Shown: one piece after another, positions 1 to 13,226 of the stretch
How the letters are laid out: every line of letters begins with the position of its first letter
Numbering within the stretch: position 1 is the stretch's first letter
NCBI GenBank assembly: GCA_001600815.1
Contig: BCKZ01000009.1
Coordinates: 584,194 to 648,193 of the forward strand
Length of the DNA stretch: 64,000 nt
Direction: 5' to 3'
Source: Alloascoidea hylecoeti
Taxonomy: Eukaryota
The notes under the pieces: model-generated
Told to the model about the DNA's origin: nothing
Databases searched by the model: none
What the model saw: the letters and a program-made list of their open reading frames with translations, nothing else
Made by a program: the position numbers and the translations under genes

Positions 1-746
1 TTTATCTTGAAACTTGTTTACCAGCTCTTGGTGATGTGTATTGTATTCAAGAATCTTTCAGAGCAGAAAAATCTCATACTAGAAGACATTTAAGTGAATA
101 TACCCATATTGAGGCTGAATTAGGTTTCCTCACGTTTGATCAATTATTATCGCATATTGAGCATGTCATTGTCAAGACTGTTGAATACATTTTGGCAGAT
201 CCAGTTGCTGGCCCCTTAGTAAAGGAATTGAATCCTACCTTTAAAGAGCCTTCTTTACCTTTTAAGAGAATGGAATACATTCATGCTCTAGAATGGCTTA
301 ATGAACATGGCGTCAAAAATGAAGATGGAGAGGAATTCAAATTTGGTGATGATATCGCTGAAAAAGCTGAACGTGAAATGACTGATACGATCGGTGTACC
401 AATTCTGTTAATGCGTTTCCCATTAGAAATTAAGTCTTTCTATATGAAACGATGTGAGGATGACCCAAGAGTTACCGAATCTGTTGATGTTTTGATGCCT
501 AATGTCGGTGAAATTACTGGTGGTTCTATGCGTATTTTTGATACAGAAGAATTATTACAAGGTTTCGCAAGAGAAAAGATTGATCCTGCCGCCTACTACT
601 GGTTTGTTGATCAAAGAAGATACGGAACTTGTCCACACGGTGGTTATGGGCTGGGAACTGAGCGTATTTTAGCGTGGTTGTGTGACCGTTTCACTGTTAG
701 AGATTGTTCATTATACCCCAGATTCACTGGAAGATGTAAGCCTTAA
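1..746 (+). CDS. DED81: Cytosolic asparaginyl-tRNA synthetase, 3' part (starts upstream of the window)
   Basis: Frame open from base 3 (YLETCLPALGDVYCIQESFRAEKSHTRRHLSEY). Class II aaRS motif 2 FRAE and motif 3 HGGYGLGTER; C-terminus YPRFTGRCKP as in yeast Ded81. Confidence 0.95.
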   Translation, partial: YLETCLPALGDVYCIQESFRAEKSHTRRHLSEYTHIEAELGFLTFDQLLSHIEHVIVKTVEYILADPVAGPLVKELNPTFKEPSLPFKRMEYIHALEWLNEHGVKNEDGEEFKFGDDIAEKAEREMTDTIGVPILLMRFPLEIKSFYMKRCEDDPRVTESVDVLMPNVGEITGGSMRIFDTEELLQGFAREKIDPAAYYWFVDQRRYGTCPHGGYGLGTERILAWLCDRFTVRDCSLYPRFTGRCKP

Positions 747-875
747 GTCTCAAGATTATATGGGAGAAGACAGTAGTACTTTTATATAAACTTATAATAA
801 TTAGATAATTAGAACTTATAAAAAAAGCAGATGCATATTTTCTCTTGGTAAAAACTATATACTCATGATCATATT

Positions 876-3800
876 TCAAAATCCAAAACTAAATGCACTC
901 ATATCGGGTTCCTCAAACATGGTGGGAGGAGGTTTTAATGATTTAACTTGATCTTTTTCTGAATCTCCTGTAATATTTCCTAAAGGATTGGAACCAAAAA
1001 CTGAAGATTTTCTCTGTAATGTTCTAAACTTTCTCTGTAACTCTTGGGCTTCCAACTCACTAATCTCATTATTATCATCAATTTTCTTAATTGGTTTTAT
1101 AAATTCCCAGTTCTTAATCAAATCGAGAGCCAAGAAATCGCAGCCCATTCTATCATAAATACCTGCTACATTAAGCACAGCATTGAATTCTAATTCCTGG
1201 GTGATGGTCTCCTCTTTTAATTTATAGAGAACCTTATCCCTTAAAGTTTTATAAAGCATGATTAAAACAGGATCTGCCTCCAAGAAATATTTGCTAGATC
1301 TGACAGCAGTATAAACCTCAACCTCATCAGGCGAAACAATAAGCGCCCTCACACCAAGTTCGGATTTCCCTAATTTCCAATAAATCCAACTAGTAGTCCA
1401 TCTATCACCGTCAGCAACCGCTTTCTTCAATATGGTATCTTCGAGCAATGATTTAAAACTTTCACTGTCATCACCTCCGTAAACACGAGCAACAGCTACT
1501 GCTAATGGTATATCATTGAGCTGTTTTATTATAACATTAACAGCGTCTTTCAATGACCCTGCTAGCAAAAAGAAACTAGCAGCGTACTCAGGTCGATGCT
1601 TGCTTAATAACACAAATGCATTCTTCAAAGCAGCTGATCTCCATCTTGGTTCTTCAAAATCATTCGCAAGAAATTTAACCATCTTAGCATGTTCTGGATT
1701 CCAACTGCAAGTCTTCCATAAACCTAAAAGAATTGACTTCTTTTTCAAAGCCATGTAAAATAAACTACAGTTTATTGGATCCCGCTTATCATCCATAGTA
1801 AAACTATTCCTTGCTACATTTTCTATCTCAGTTTTCAAAACATTTTCATCGAGCCAATAAGGAAGACCAGATTCCTTTGCAATGGTCCAAGTTAACTTAT
1901 AGTTAGTTGATGTTTTAACAAGGTCAAGCAAAATTTCTTTTGAATTACTGTGGAATGCCCAATTAATGTCTCTCATAGTGACACCAGTTTGTTTTCCTCT
2001 ATGAATTTGAAATAGTTTAAACCCAAGATAAAATTTAATACCTGCTTCATCTAAGGATCTTTTATTTTTCTCCACTTGACTCATAGCTTCTACAACACTT
2101 GCTAATGAAATCTGTTGATGTCTTGTTAAATAAGGCATGACAATATTTTTGATATTCTGTTCTATTAATTGACTAGACTTTTCATTGAACTCATGATAAA
2201 CTTCATCTGGAATCACATCTTGTTCAAAAAGACCAGAGTATCTTCTTTTATTAAAACCATTTGTCTTCTTATTATTGGGTTTGTCATTAAAACCTGAGGC
2301 AAATAATGAAGCATGAGCAAGGCCTAGATCACTATGAATATCAGCTAAGGTTTTATGAGGATCAAGATTCACCTCTCTAAAAGCTTGCAACAAAGCTAAC
2401 AAGATTTTTTCAACGGCTGTAAATTTCCCGGCAAAAATTAATTGTGTTAAAAACTGAGGATGAAAATATGGTAAAGGACCATTTAAAACATCAACGATAT
2501 CAAAAATACTTTTCGCATTGACTTCTCTTGATCCGATTAAATGTTGTGTTAGTGAATCATTCTGTTCAACTTTCTTATCTTGAACAAAAAATTGATTTCC
2601 GGCAGCAACAACCAAAGTTCCCTCTTTCATCCAAATAGAATCTCCTATATGATGTGTTGTATAATGAGATACATCTACTCTTTTGAATGCCGCCCAAGAA
2701 GGTGTTTCATTGGTGTAATCATATCGTAATTGGGTGTATAATAAAACTTCAGTGGGGAATCCAATTGCTAGAATGCTTTGAGATGATGGTGAACTATACC
2801 AGTCTAAATCTTGTATAGTTTGATCTTTATTAAAACTCTCGGTAAATTCTAGAAATGATCGTTTTGTATCATATATTGATATGGTAGTATTGTTGTCACT
2901 GACAATAGCTACTTTTTTAGTTGATGCCCCACTAAGTTTTGAAATATTGTTTAGTCCAGTAGGAAATTTACAGGATTCCAACCAAGTGACCTGTCTCTTA
3001 ACAGGATCAAAACTTGCTGTCCAGCATTGAAGCAATCCATTTTTTGAAATTGTTGTTAAAACATCCCTTTGGTAAACATCTAATTTTGATGAAATTGTCG
3101 AATTCCAACCAACTGGATCCATAGCCACCACCTTATATAAATCCTCTTCAATAGGTAAATTTGAAACCTTGATTTCTAAAATGTAGTCTTTATGAGTGTA
3201 AGTTGCTGTTGCAAATTCCCAGGCGCGAATTTTATGCTCATTATAGATTGCCACAATATGTTGCGGGTCATGATCTGATGTTGCCTCAGGTAAATGTAAA
3301 AAACATATTGGATCTTCTCCCTCATCAATTGTAAAAGTAGCTAATTGTAGAGCAATTTCTTTTTGTTTTCCATCCCATAGTATTAATTCATTACTAGATA
3401 ATGTCACAATAAGATGACCTTTGCGTATGACAACTGCTTGCAAAACTGGATTTGGAGTTTTAAGAACAGATTTCTTTTGCAAAGTCAATCCAGTATGAAT
3501 GTGTTTAAGCGCCCAAACAGCATTTTCTGTGTATCTACTTGCAGATAAAGCTGCTGTTCCATCTGCTGTTCTAATGAGTCGTTGAACAGATTTATTATGG
3601 CCGGCAAATACATGCTCCAAATATAATCCATCACAGAATATTTTATTTTTATTGGTAAGAGATGGTATGAATTCTTCTAGTTTAATTGTGAAATGTTTCA
3701 AAAGTCCTCTGTAATCATGAATTAAAACCGATAAGCCCGATTTTTCAACATCAACACTATCTGGGAAATGAAAAGTAAGATATCGGGATTTTGGTGTGAA

Positions 3801-5083
3801 TATCATTGGTGATATTTTGGTTCTAAATAATTTAGATATTTTAAGTATTTTTGGTGGTAACGATTCAGTATTTTCTAATGAGTATGCAACAAGATTATTT
3901 CCTGAATCAAAGACTATTATCGTTGCTGGATTTTTGTTTGCAGTGTGAGTCAAGCATTTTAAATTTTCTATGCTCATAGCATCTGGTAAGGATTTTAATG
4001 TATACTCCGTAGCTCTTGATAATATATGATTATCAATTATACCTGCAAAACGGTAATCATTTTTCGATAATTTCGGCATATCGAGGTATAGATCTAAACT
4101 TGCGCTTAACTGAATTGAAAACTGGCCATCAATTTCCAGTGCAGACCATACCCGTAAGACCCCGTCTCTGGCGATCGTATATAAAATATTGTAGGGTGAC
4201 TCTAAATCATGGAAGTTGCGCCTCCATCTTGCATAAGTAACAGGTTCAGGGTGAGGTAAATAGCTGAAATCAAAAGCGACAGTGTCATGATCAAACGAAA
4301 GACGTTTCCAGACCTTAAGCAGCTTATCATATTTTCCATAACTAGCTAATAGAGTCGAGTCCTGTGAAAAACTGGCGTATTGGGCGGAATTGGCTAATCT
4401 ATTGCGGCCTTTGTTAGTACTAGCTAATATAGATGCATATGTCTTTCAACCCTCGATAAACTTACTTTTGGTGCCAGATAATTTTGGAGGAAAACTCACC
4501 AAAGACATCAAAAACTCCCCAAAGTGTAAGATATTCTGAAGCAGCCATTATCTCATGTTGATTGCTCCATGAAATATGTTGAATTTTAGAACTATCGAGT
4601 TCATTGTCTATCTTCAGTATGAGATTCCACTATTTATTATTCATCTAGTCAGTCGCTGTGTGATTGGAAAGGGGTTGAGTATAAATACTTACTGTTGGAT
4701 GTTTAGCCAGCTCATTTTCAGGAGAATAGACATATATTCTATTTTCTACTGCCACAGCTATCTAGCAACTGAAGTATTAGCTTCTTGCACAAGATTTCAC
4801 TCTATATTTATTTGAACATACTCGACCAGAAACCTCATCTATATTCAATGCCAATGCATCTGCGTCCAAATAAATTGTTTGTAAATAATCAGCATCCCCA
4901 GTCAGGATAATCAGATTGTTCCCTGAGCAGTAGGCCTGTAGAATTATCAGGGTTAGAACTATGTAGTTGTTTCTTAAGAACGTGAAATATACTACATACC
5001 ATCACCGTGTGACGCTTCCAGTGAGTCCACGATACGGCCTGTCCCTGGCTGTTTGGTTCACCTGGTAGATAATTTATGGGCAT
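876..5083 (-). CDS. RAV1: RAVE complex subunit Rav1 (WD40 + Rav1p_C), about 1317 aa, 5 exons
   Basis: ATG at 5083 (MPINYLPGEPN). Introns 4936-4999, 4762-4821, 4630-4692 and 4399-4465 (GTATGT/GTAAGT...CTRAY...YAG) keep one frame into the 876-4079 ORF. Motifs AALKNAFVLLSKHR, YAASFFLLAG and C-terminal FEEPDMSAFSFGF. Confidence 0.92.
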
Positions 5084-5195
5084 TTGTCTAAGAATCTGAA
5101 AGTTCAAATTGCAAGAAGCTTAAGTTATTTGGTGTGTATGGGTGTCATCTATAAATTTCGTTCGATTAATATTGTAAATTCACCATCAGACAACC

Positions 5196-5699
5196 ATGGG
5201 ATCAAGGTGAGAACAACTGAAAGCTTAAGCTTAGAAGAAACTTCATTAACATTCAAAATAGTTGCACGGATCTGAGAAATGCAGTGGCTCTTTGCCTTCA
5301 AAGATCTCCTTGCGTGATGATCGAAAGACACACACCTCATGAATGTCTTCATGATAAAGAACTGGTAAAAGAAATGCCAGAATTGTGTAGAATGCAAATG
5401 AAAAGTTTTTTAGCGTGCAAGTGTGTATTTTTTTTGTTTGTATTATACTGGAAACTACTAACAATTGTTTTAGACAAGGAATGGTTGATATGAGGTGAGA
5501 TTTATAAAGAACCGTTTGTAATTAAATCTGGTGAAGCTTTACGAATTCTAACCATTCTTTCAGGAAACGATTTCGGGGAAATGGACCTTTATCGACTGGT
5601 AAATACGATGAGGAACTCAAAAAGCTTTCAACTGGTAACTTTGATGCTCATGCAGAACTTGCACGATTAGAAGGTTTATCCAGTGAATCAAAAAAGTGA
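5196..5699 (+). CDS. PET191: Cytochrome c oxidase assembly factor Pet191/COA5 (twin-Cys IMS protein), 4 exons
   Basis: Exons 5196-5206, 5262-5420, 5474-5494 and 5564-5699 give MGSSCTDLRNAVALCLQRSPCVMIERHTPHECL...FLACKQGMVDMRKRFRGNGPLSTGKYDE, closely matching yeast Pet191 (CLQRSPCVMIERH, PLSTGKYD). Confidence 0.93.
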
Positions 5700-5869
5700 A
5701 AATTATTTTTTTATAATGACAACAATTATTTCGATATAATTAGAACCGAAGTCATCAACAACTATAGATATATATGTATATAGGTCTATCGATACAGACT
5801 AATTTTCTAATTTATAAGTTTCAAAATTCTATATATTCTTCAACTTTAATGTGATACAAGCGATTAAAT

Positions 5870-7482
5870 TCATTTACTCCCCGCCTTTTCAATCGCACTG
5901 ATAAGTTGATCAATTGTATCGCTTGTCAAACTATAAATGATATTTTGTTAGTGTTTCCAATAAAATAACTATTGCAATTTGATAAAAAATTGTAACTTAC
6001 ATTGGTGAGTTAAAAACAACTCTAAAGAATTCTCCTCTGGATTGTTCTCCAGCCTCAGGTGCATAATCAACTAGGAATTGACCACTGCTATGCAAATCAT
6101 GAGCAATAGTTCTTGTGATTCGAGTGTTTTCTTCCTTTGATGCTGATAGATCGCCACTAGGAGAGTAGAAGAAGCATACTTGAAGACATGGAGGAGGATT
6201 GCTTGATATTAGAGTAAAACCTTTTCTAGATTCAATACTAGTACAAAAATATTCAGCAATTTCAAAAGCATGATCAACTCTATCTTCGTATCCTTTACGA
6301 CCATACCAAAGGAAGCCAAGATAAAGTTTCAAGGCATCGGATCTTCTACCACAAAGCATAGTTCCATCTGCTAAATCATAGTTTTCATCCTTATTTGTAG
6401 AATTATGAAATAAGTAAGGGGCATTCAAAGAATTGGATTGTTGTAAAACTCTCTCATCTGGAAGGAGTAAAAATGAACACTTTTTAATAGTAATATGTCA
6501 GTTAGTTAAAATAATCTTATATCCAGTCATTAATAGAACTTACAGTACATGGAACTCCTAACATCTTATGAGGATTGACGGTAATACTATTAGCTAACTC
6601 AACCCCTTTTAATTTGTGTGCTTGCTTTTTAGAGAACACAATATTGCCACCCCAAGATCCATCAATATGAAGCCAGATTCCATGCTTTTTAGCAATCTTA
6701 GATATCTCTTCAAAGGGATCATACGATCCATAAACAGTGGTTCCAGCAGTAGCATTCACATATAAAGGAGTATAACCTTCAGATTTGGCTTTTAAGATTG
6801 CTTCTTCAAGATTGGTAGGTATCATTGCTCCATTATTATCGACTTTCACTTTGAACAATGCATTGCTACCCATTCCACAAAATATGGCAGCCTTTTCAAC
6901 ACTATAGTGGGAATGTTCACTTGAAAACAAGGCAAATTTATAAGTGCCATTGCCATGTAGTTTAGTATCTGGGTATAGCATACTTCTTGCAACAGTAACA
7001 CTCGTAGCATTTGAAGCGGAACCACCCGGGAAGGTCAATCCACCAGAGTGTGTTCCAGTAAAACCAAAAAGTTGAGCATATTTATGGCTTATTTCCTTCT
7101 CGATAATTGACAATGCTGGTGATACCGTATAAACATGAGAATTGGTATTTAAGACGGAAAGCAATAAATCTGCTCCAACACCAACCGGATTATTGGAAGC
7201 ATACAATTTATCTAAAAATCCAGGATGCCAAGTAACAACAGAATTCTCCAAAATCTGATCCATAACTTTTAAAAATCCAGCTTCTCCTTTGCCATCTTCT
7301 GGTAGTTGAACTTCTAAAATTTTAGATAAATCTTTCGGTTCAATTTTGGGACCAATTGAACTACCAGGCTTTCCAGCTTCAGCCACATATTCAACAATTC
7401 GATCACTAGCTTTATTAAGCAGCGATTTTAGTTCGGAGACTCTGTTGGCCTCTAAGTTAGATTTTATGGTTAGTTGCGTCAT
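5870..7482 (-). CDS. Group II PLP-dependent decarboxylase (CSAD/GAD-like), 3 exons
   Basis: Likely ATG at 7482. Introns 6480-6543 and 5931-6000 join two ORFs and a last exon ending in TGA at 5870. Motifs HYSVEKAA, ATAGTTVYGSYDP, WLHIDGSWGG and PLP-lysine NPHK. Confidence 0.88.
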
Positions 7483-10332
7483 GATGGCCAGGTATGATGT
7501 TAAAATTTTCTGTGTGGGTGAGCACTGGTATTGTTTCATGTATATGCATGTCAGTCTCTGTAAGCAAGAATACTCCAAATCAAATTTTGAAAAATCGGTT
7601 TCACCGAAAAAGATTTTGTGGGGTATGGAGAAACTATAATTGTGGATAATCATTGAAATTTCAAGTTTATTTAAATCACTCAAAAAATGGAAAGAGTCTA
7701 AAGTCATATTGATTGTGATAATTTTCAAAACCCGCTCCATCAAACGTAAGTTTTTAATTCTTTTATAATTAGATATTAATTTGATGATTAGGCCCATTGG
7801 TGCAGGAAATATAACACAAGCTTCAAAGATTTTAATCAGACTTCAAGTTCAAGTCATTAATTATACAGTGATTCCACTTAATTTCGGTCATTTTGGGACT
7901 AAATATTTTACCAGGTACACTAAAATTTATCAACATGGCCAAATATTAAATCCACTATATGACCACTATTAAGTAGAATCTCTGTACTTTTTTGATGTAA
8001 GCGAAATTATCATTCGTCATATATGAAATCGATATAATTAGGAGGAGACGGTTACTTCTGAGACTTTTCAACTAATTTCAGTGCCATATAGTCGCGGTGT
8101 GATACTAAACAGAAACAAAGCCATTTTTCAGATGTGATGAGAATAATAATTGGACCAACACGAACACTATGTAAATGGGCCAAATATGGTAGCATTATTC
8201 ACGATCTACAATTAGTAAATACATATTTATAATTATAATAGTGCCACCAACCCTGCAGCTGTCAATTCAATAATTAGATGCAATTGTCTAATATTAGATA
8301 CAATAAATTATAATTTAATAAGCGCTGGCAGCCACAGATTAATATCCCATTAACTATTATAATTAGTCTTTAATTTAATTCACAGCAAACATAAACATAT
8401 AAATTTATTTTCCATCGTAAAAATACGAAGTATTACGAACCGTTGATGCTAAAATTAATTATTTGAGATAGTTATAACTGTCAATTGCAACTGCATTGGA
8501 GCATCCAGCAAAAGCATGCCCAACGATCTACAAGGGAAAACGAAAATTTATAACAAACGCAGCTAATAGACTTCTAGAGGGAATGAAAGGATCATCAAAT
8601 ATATGTAAAGAGATGATTCTCTTGTATGACCTGCGGTGATCATTATGGTAGCTCACTCTCCACCGATATAAAAGAGCAGAAAAATTCAATATTTAGTATT
8701 TCATTTATCATCTTATAATTAGTTTTGGGTGGATGTTCTCAAGCCAAATTCTAGGTCAATTTTTCGCTCTTTTTTCTTTCTTTTGCTAAATATTTAAATT
8801 GTAATTGCAACCAACACGATCCAAGAAGTCACATACAATAATTGATATAATCTTATAATTACAGAACTCATTATCTTATATGCATAAAGATATTATCAAT
8901 CATGATGCATATGGTACGATCATGGATTCATCCTATCATGAAAACTTAATTAAAAATGAAATATATTGCTTTTCAGACCCCATTTGATTTTTGAAACAAC
9001 TTAATATTGGTACTAATGTCAACTTTTATGTTATTTGGTCCATTTTTAGGACAGGAAACTTGTTGAATTCACGGCTAAAGGAATTATTTACTAAATTATT
9101 TAGATTTATTTGAAATTGACAATTGACAGTGTAAATGGCTTCATGGTTATCTAATTTGTGAAAGTTTAAGAACCTATGATATAAATAAATGATGATAAAT
9201 CCAGTCTTTATTATTATACAATCGATTAAGACTGTCACAGCACTATATATTCTTGAAGATTATGCTGAGATACTTTTGGTCCATGCATAATCAACGTTAA
9301 AAATGGTTCATATGCGTATTTATGTGTGTACAGCCTATCATCAGTGATTATAATTAACTTTCGCTTTTTTAGTGGAATGGATACGTACTAAAAAATTCTC
9401 ATTTGTCTATACTGGTGTAAATGAAGGAAAGAATATTCATTTTAAAAAACATTTGACTAGGTAGGAGGTACTATAATAAACTAACTTTTCATATGCATAG
9501 ACCTTCGTATATTGTTATGTATATTCGAAAGTGATTAATATTCTAGATTATATCTTGGATATTTTCTTTCCGTGCTGACGTAGATCCAGAACTGTTTTTG
9601 TTTATCTATAGTTCTTAAGCTTAGATTTAAATCACTACGGCAGGTGCAGAAATTTGGAGTTCCAGAGTCTAAAAAACACTATGGTCAATTACAAGCTTTC
9701 CTAGATCGGTGATCAATCATTTAAGTTTCTGTCACGTTCCGCAAGCGTCAAATATATTTCAGTCTACAAACAAACAGCCCCAATAGCTGTTTGAAATATT
9801 TCACAATACAGTCAATATGACCAAGTAAAAGATGCAAACAGTATCATGGTAGATCCTATTTAGCTAGTTGGCTATATTGTATGCAAATAGTTGATGAGAA
9901 GAATATTAGATGCACCCGTACATGTCAACCTTAATGTGTAGCATTTACAAATCAGTTAATTATAATCATATTCTTATTCGTTGTAGAAAACCGCATCTTC
10001 AGTTTTAACTTTTCAGGTGACTTTTTCTGCTGAATCCTTTTTTTTTTTCCCACTCTTTTCACTTAGCCTCTCACACTTGAGTATACCTTGAGTATAGGTA
10101 TTTGTTTATATTTTCGACCAGAAAATTAAACCCCGTTTTTCATTTTTCATTTTGTTAGGTCGTCTTTTCACCCAGATCACATATAAATAACAATATAAAA
10201 TCATACATTTCAACATACTGTCACTGTTACGTAAACAGGGCTAAAAACACATTGCTCCAATTATAATCTCCCGAAGAAAATTATTAAACGGCTTATATTA
10301 TATAAAAATATATATAAAATATATACAACTAT

Positions 10333-12276
10333 ATGGTAAGTAACTGCCTAACGCCTACTATGCTTAACACCAGTCATGACCCCGAAACGGTTTGCTCAAA
10401 TATTAATTCCATAATAAACAAAAGCAATGAAGCCAATATAAACAATAACAATTCCGATACAGTTACAGATGAAATATCTACAATTCAATTGCCGTTGCAA
10501 ATTATTTCACCTTCAGAGCAAAACATTATTCCTACAGCTTTGGTTATTAAAAATATTTGTTTTTCAGTTACAAAAGAGGAATTGCTTAGTACTATGCAAT
10601 CTTTATTACTTCCTCTTCCTTATGCTTTGAATTATCATTATGACCATGAAACTGGGAATTTTCACGGATTGGCTTTTGCAAATTTCAACTCTTCATATGA
10701 AGCAAGTCTTGTGTTTAGAATTTTGAGTGGGAAAAAACTACAAGGTAGAAAGTTAAAAGTAGAATACAAGAGAATGTTGACGACGGAACAGCGCAAAAAA
10801 TTGGAAAAAGTTAAAAGAGAAAAGAAATCCAAAAAATCAACGAATAGAAATACAACTGCAAATACAAATACTAACACTAATGCAAATGTTAATATTAATG
10901 ATAAAGGCGGTGCAAATTCCATCCCAAAAACAAACCAAGAAAGAGAAATGGCAACGCATCAGTTACAACATAATCGGCAGACACAAAATGCGCATTCTGT
11001 AATAAATAATAATATTGGTAACGATAACAACAATCACTCTTCTTTTCTTAACGTTCCTCACACAGATGTATCTTCTTCTGGAAATACAATTTATCAAAAT
11101 TCTGCTTCAGGCTCATTGTTCTCTAACACAACTCTAAATACAATGCGTTCATCCTCTCCATTGTCTAGTTCATTTACTGGTCCTGTTACGAATGAGACTT
11201 CTCCTATGGTTAATGACCCAACTGGTGTAGCTTTCAGCAGCAACCTCAATCAGTCCCAATATGTGGGTGGAGGTGGATATAATGATCAAATCTCAATACC
11301 TCTGTCTCAATCCGATTCATTCAAAGTGGATCCTAATGACCCTTATGCTTTATCAGTTTATACTCAGTTAGTAGTATTCAAGAATGATGAAAAACGTCCA
11401 AGTTTGATTTTTCCAATTCAACAAGATCCTTCAAATGGTAGTGCTCAGTCAAGTATGGATCGAATTAACCTTATTCTATCACTTGCTACTCATTTTGGAT
11501 TAATTGCTACATTTGAAAGAACAGACTTGGAATGCTATGTTTATGTGAAAAGATTGGAACCTATCCAATCTCGATTTAATGATTTTGAAATTAATAATTT
11601 GACAAAGACTTTTGATAATATCAACTTAAGAAGAGAACCATCCTTTTCAAATAGTAACTACCGCCAACAATTTAATGGGTTTGGTGTTAATACTTCTAGA
11701 TCTTTATCTGAGTATGGATCTCGTTCAGCATCACCAACTCTTTCTTCCATCCCAAATCTCTCGATTTCATCGTTATCAGCTTTGAGTAACCCAAAGGGTG
11801 ATTTCTTATCTCAAGGATCTCCATTAATATCCTCACTCCATAATACTTCTCGCTCATACGCAGACTTACAAACCTTCTCCGGCTCCTCAAATTTAATGAA
11901 CCAGTTCTCAAATCCTTCTAGCGCTGCAATGCATACCTCACTTGGGAATCAATTACCACAAACCTTTTCTAACGGTAGTAATATACCAGTTGGAAGGCTT
12001 GGTAGTTCTCTTAATTGCTCACAATCCGCTTCAAATCTTACAGCATCTGCTCGCAATCCCAACTTACGTGCTCAAAGTAGTTTTAATTCTTCTATTTCAA
12101 ACTACAACCAAATGCAACAGTTTCTTCCAAAACAAAACAATGAAATTCAATATCCATTGTATACAAATGATAATTTTGATTTGAAGCCATCTGACATCAG
12201 AGAGCGTAGAGTGTTTTCGGATAACCGTGGCATAACACAGAATCAATATGATCAATTTCGAAGAGAAAGATTATAA
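10333..12276 (+). CDS. PIN4: RRM + R3H-like RNA-binding protein (Pin4/Cip2 family)
   Basis: IPTALVIKNI...PYALNYHYD...FHGLAFANF...GRKLKVEYKRML RRM typical of Pin4/Cip2; degenerate R3H-like segment; N/S-rich low-complexity regions. Confidence 0.75.
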   Translation: MVSNCLTPTMLNTSHDPETVCSNINSIINKSNEANINNNNSDTVTDEISTIQLPLQIISPSEQNIIPTALVIKNICFSVTKEELLSTMQSLLLPLPYALNYHYDHETGNFHGLAFANFNSSYEASLVFRILSGKKLQGRKLKVEYKRMLTTEQRKKLEKVKREKKSKKSTNRNTTANTNTNTNANVNINDKGGANSIPKTNQEREMATHQLQHNRQTQNAHSVINNNIGNDNNNHSSFLNVPHTDVSSSGNTIYQNSASGSLFSNTTLNTMRSSSPLSSSFTGPVTNETSPMVNDPTGVAFSSNLNQSQYVGGGGYNDQISIPLSQSDSFKVDPNDPYALSVYTQLVVFKNDEKRPSLIFPIQQDPSNGSAQSSMDRINLILSLATHFGLIATFERTDLECYVYVKRLEPIQSRFNDFEINNLTKTFDNINLRREPSFSNSNYRQQFNGFGVNTSRSLSEYGSRSASPTLSSIPNLSISSLSALSNPKGDFLSQGSPLISSLHNTSRSYADLQTFSGSSNLMNQFSNPSSAAMHTSLGNQLPQTFSNGSNIPVGRLGSSLNCSQSASNLTASARNPNLRAQSSFNSSISNYNQMQQFLPKQNNEIQYPLYTNDNFDLKPSDIRERRVFSDNRGITQNQYDQFRRERL

Positions 12277-12372
12277 AATCCTTCCATTTGCCTTTCGTAT
12301 TAGCTATACAGCTGAATAGTTATAGAAGTTTTGAACAGATCTTTATAAAGTTGATTTTACAGTGATCATATG

Positions 12373-12397
12373 AAAAAAAAAAAAAAAAAAAAAAAAA
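12373..12397 (+). repeat. Poly(A) tract of about 25 nt
   Basis: Uninterrupted A run downstream of the PIN4-like stop codon. Confidence 0.9.
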
Positions 12398-13226
12398 CTG
12401 TAACTCCTTAAAAGAATAATGTTTTCCTGATGATACATATACATATATATATTGCAAAATCCTTTTTTCTAGTTTTGTTTTTATTTCATTAGTTTCACTA
12501 TGTCTTATTATATATTTGGACATTATAGTACTCTCTTTGTTACCTTTCGAATTCATATTTTAAATCAATGTAATGAATGCTTCTGTTGTCTTTATTTTCC
12601 TACACTTTCTTATTATATATACATAGATAGCCCATGGCATATACATATTGTTTTATTTGGGGTTTATCTTATGCGCTAGATTTGAATATTATAATACTTA
12701 TAAATTATATACTGATAGAATATACCTTTAATATGAATCTTTAAAAGTTTTTTATAGTTCTCCCTATATTAATCTTCCTACTAGTATGAATTTATGATTG
12801 CAGTCGTCTATAATTATATTTATATTTAAAGGTATGTGGAAAATTATCTACAAGCTAACTTGAAGTATAGTTAGATAGTGCCCATCGTAAACCATACGAT
12901 GAAGCTATATAACTAGCTAATATAAAATTATAGTGAAATAAAATACTGATATGATCAGTATCAGTTACATTTACATATATATAAGTTATATCTTATATTA
13001 TGTAAGCTTATATGATTTATTTATGAACATCAACAAAAAAGAATATAACATAACGTTAAAAATCGATAAATTGCAACAAAATCAAATGAATATGGTGTAC
13101 CAAGCTTAAGAGTCCCCCGTAGCCGTTAGTTTAAATAAATAATTAGTCAAATTTCAAAATGCACACAGAATGCAACAGAAAAAACACGGCAAAATGAATG
13201 TAATTAATATAGAATATGCAATTTTT

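Noticed and set aside
7483..7797. N-terminal extension of the decarboxylase ORF
   Set aside because: Reads like promoter/UTR sequence; family similarity begins after ATG 7482.
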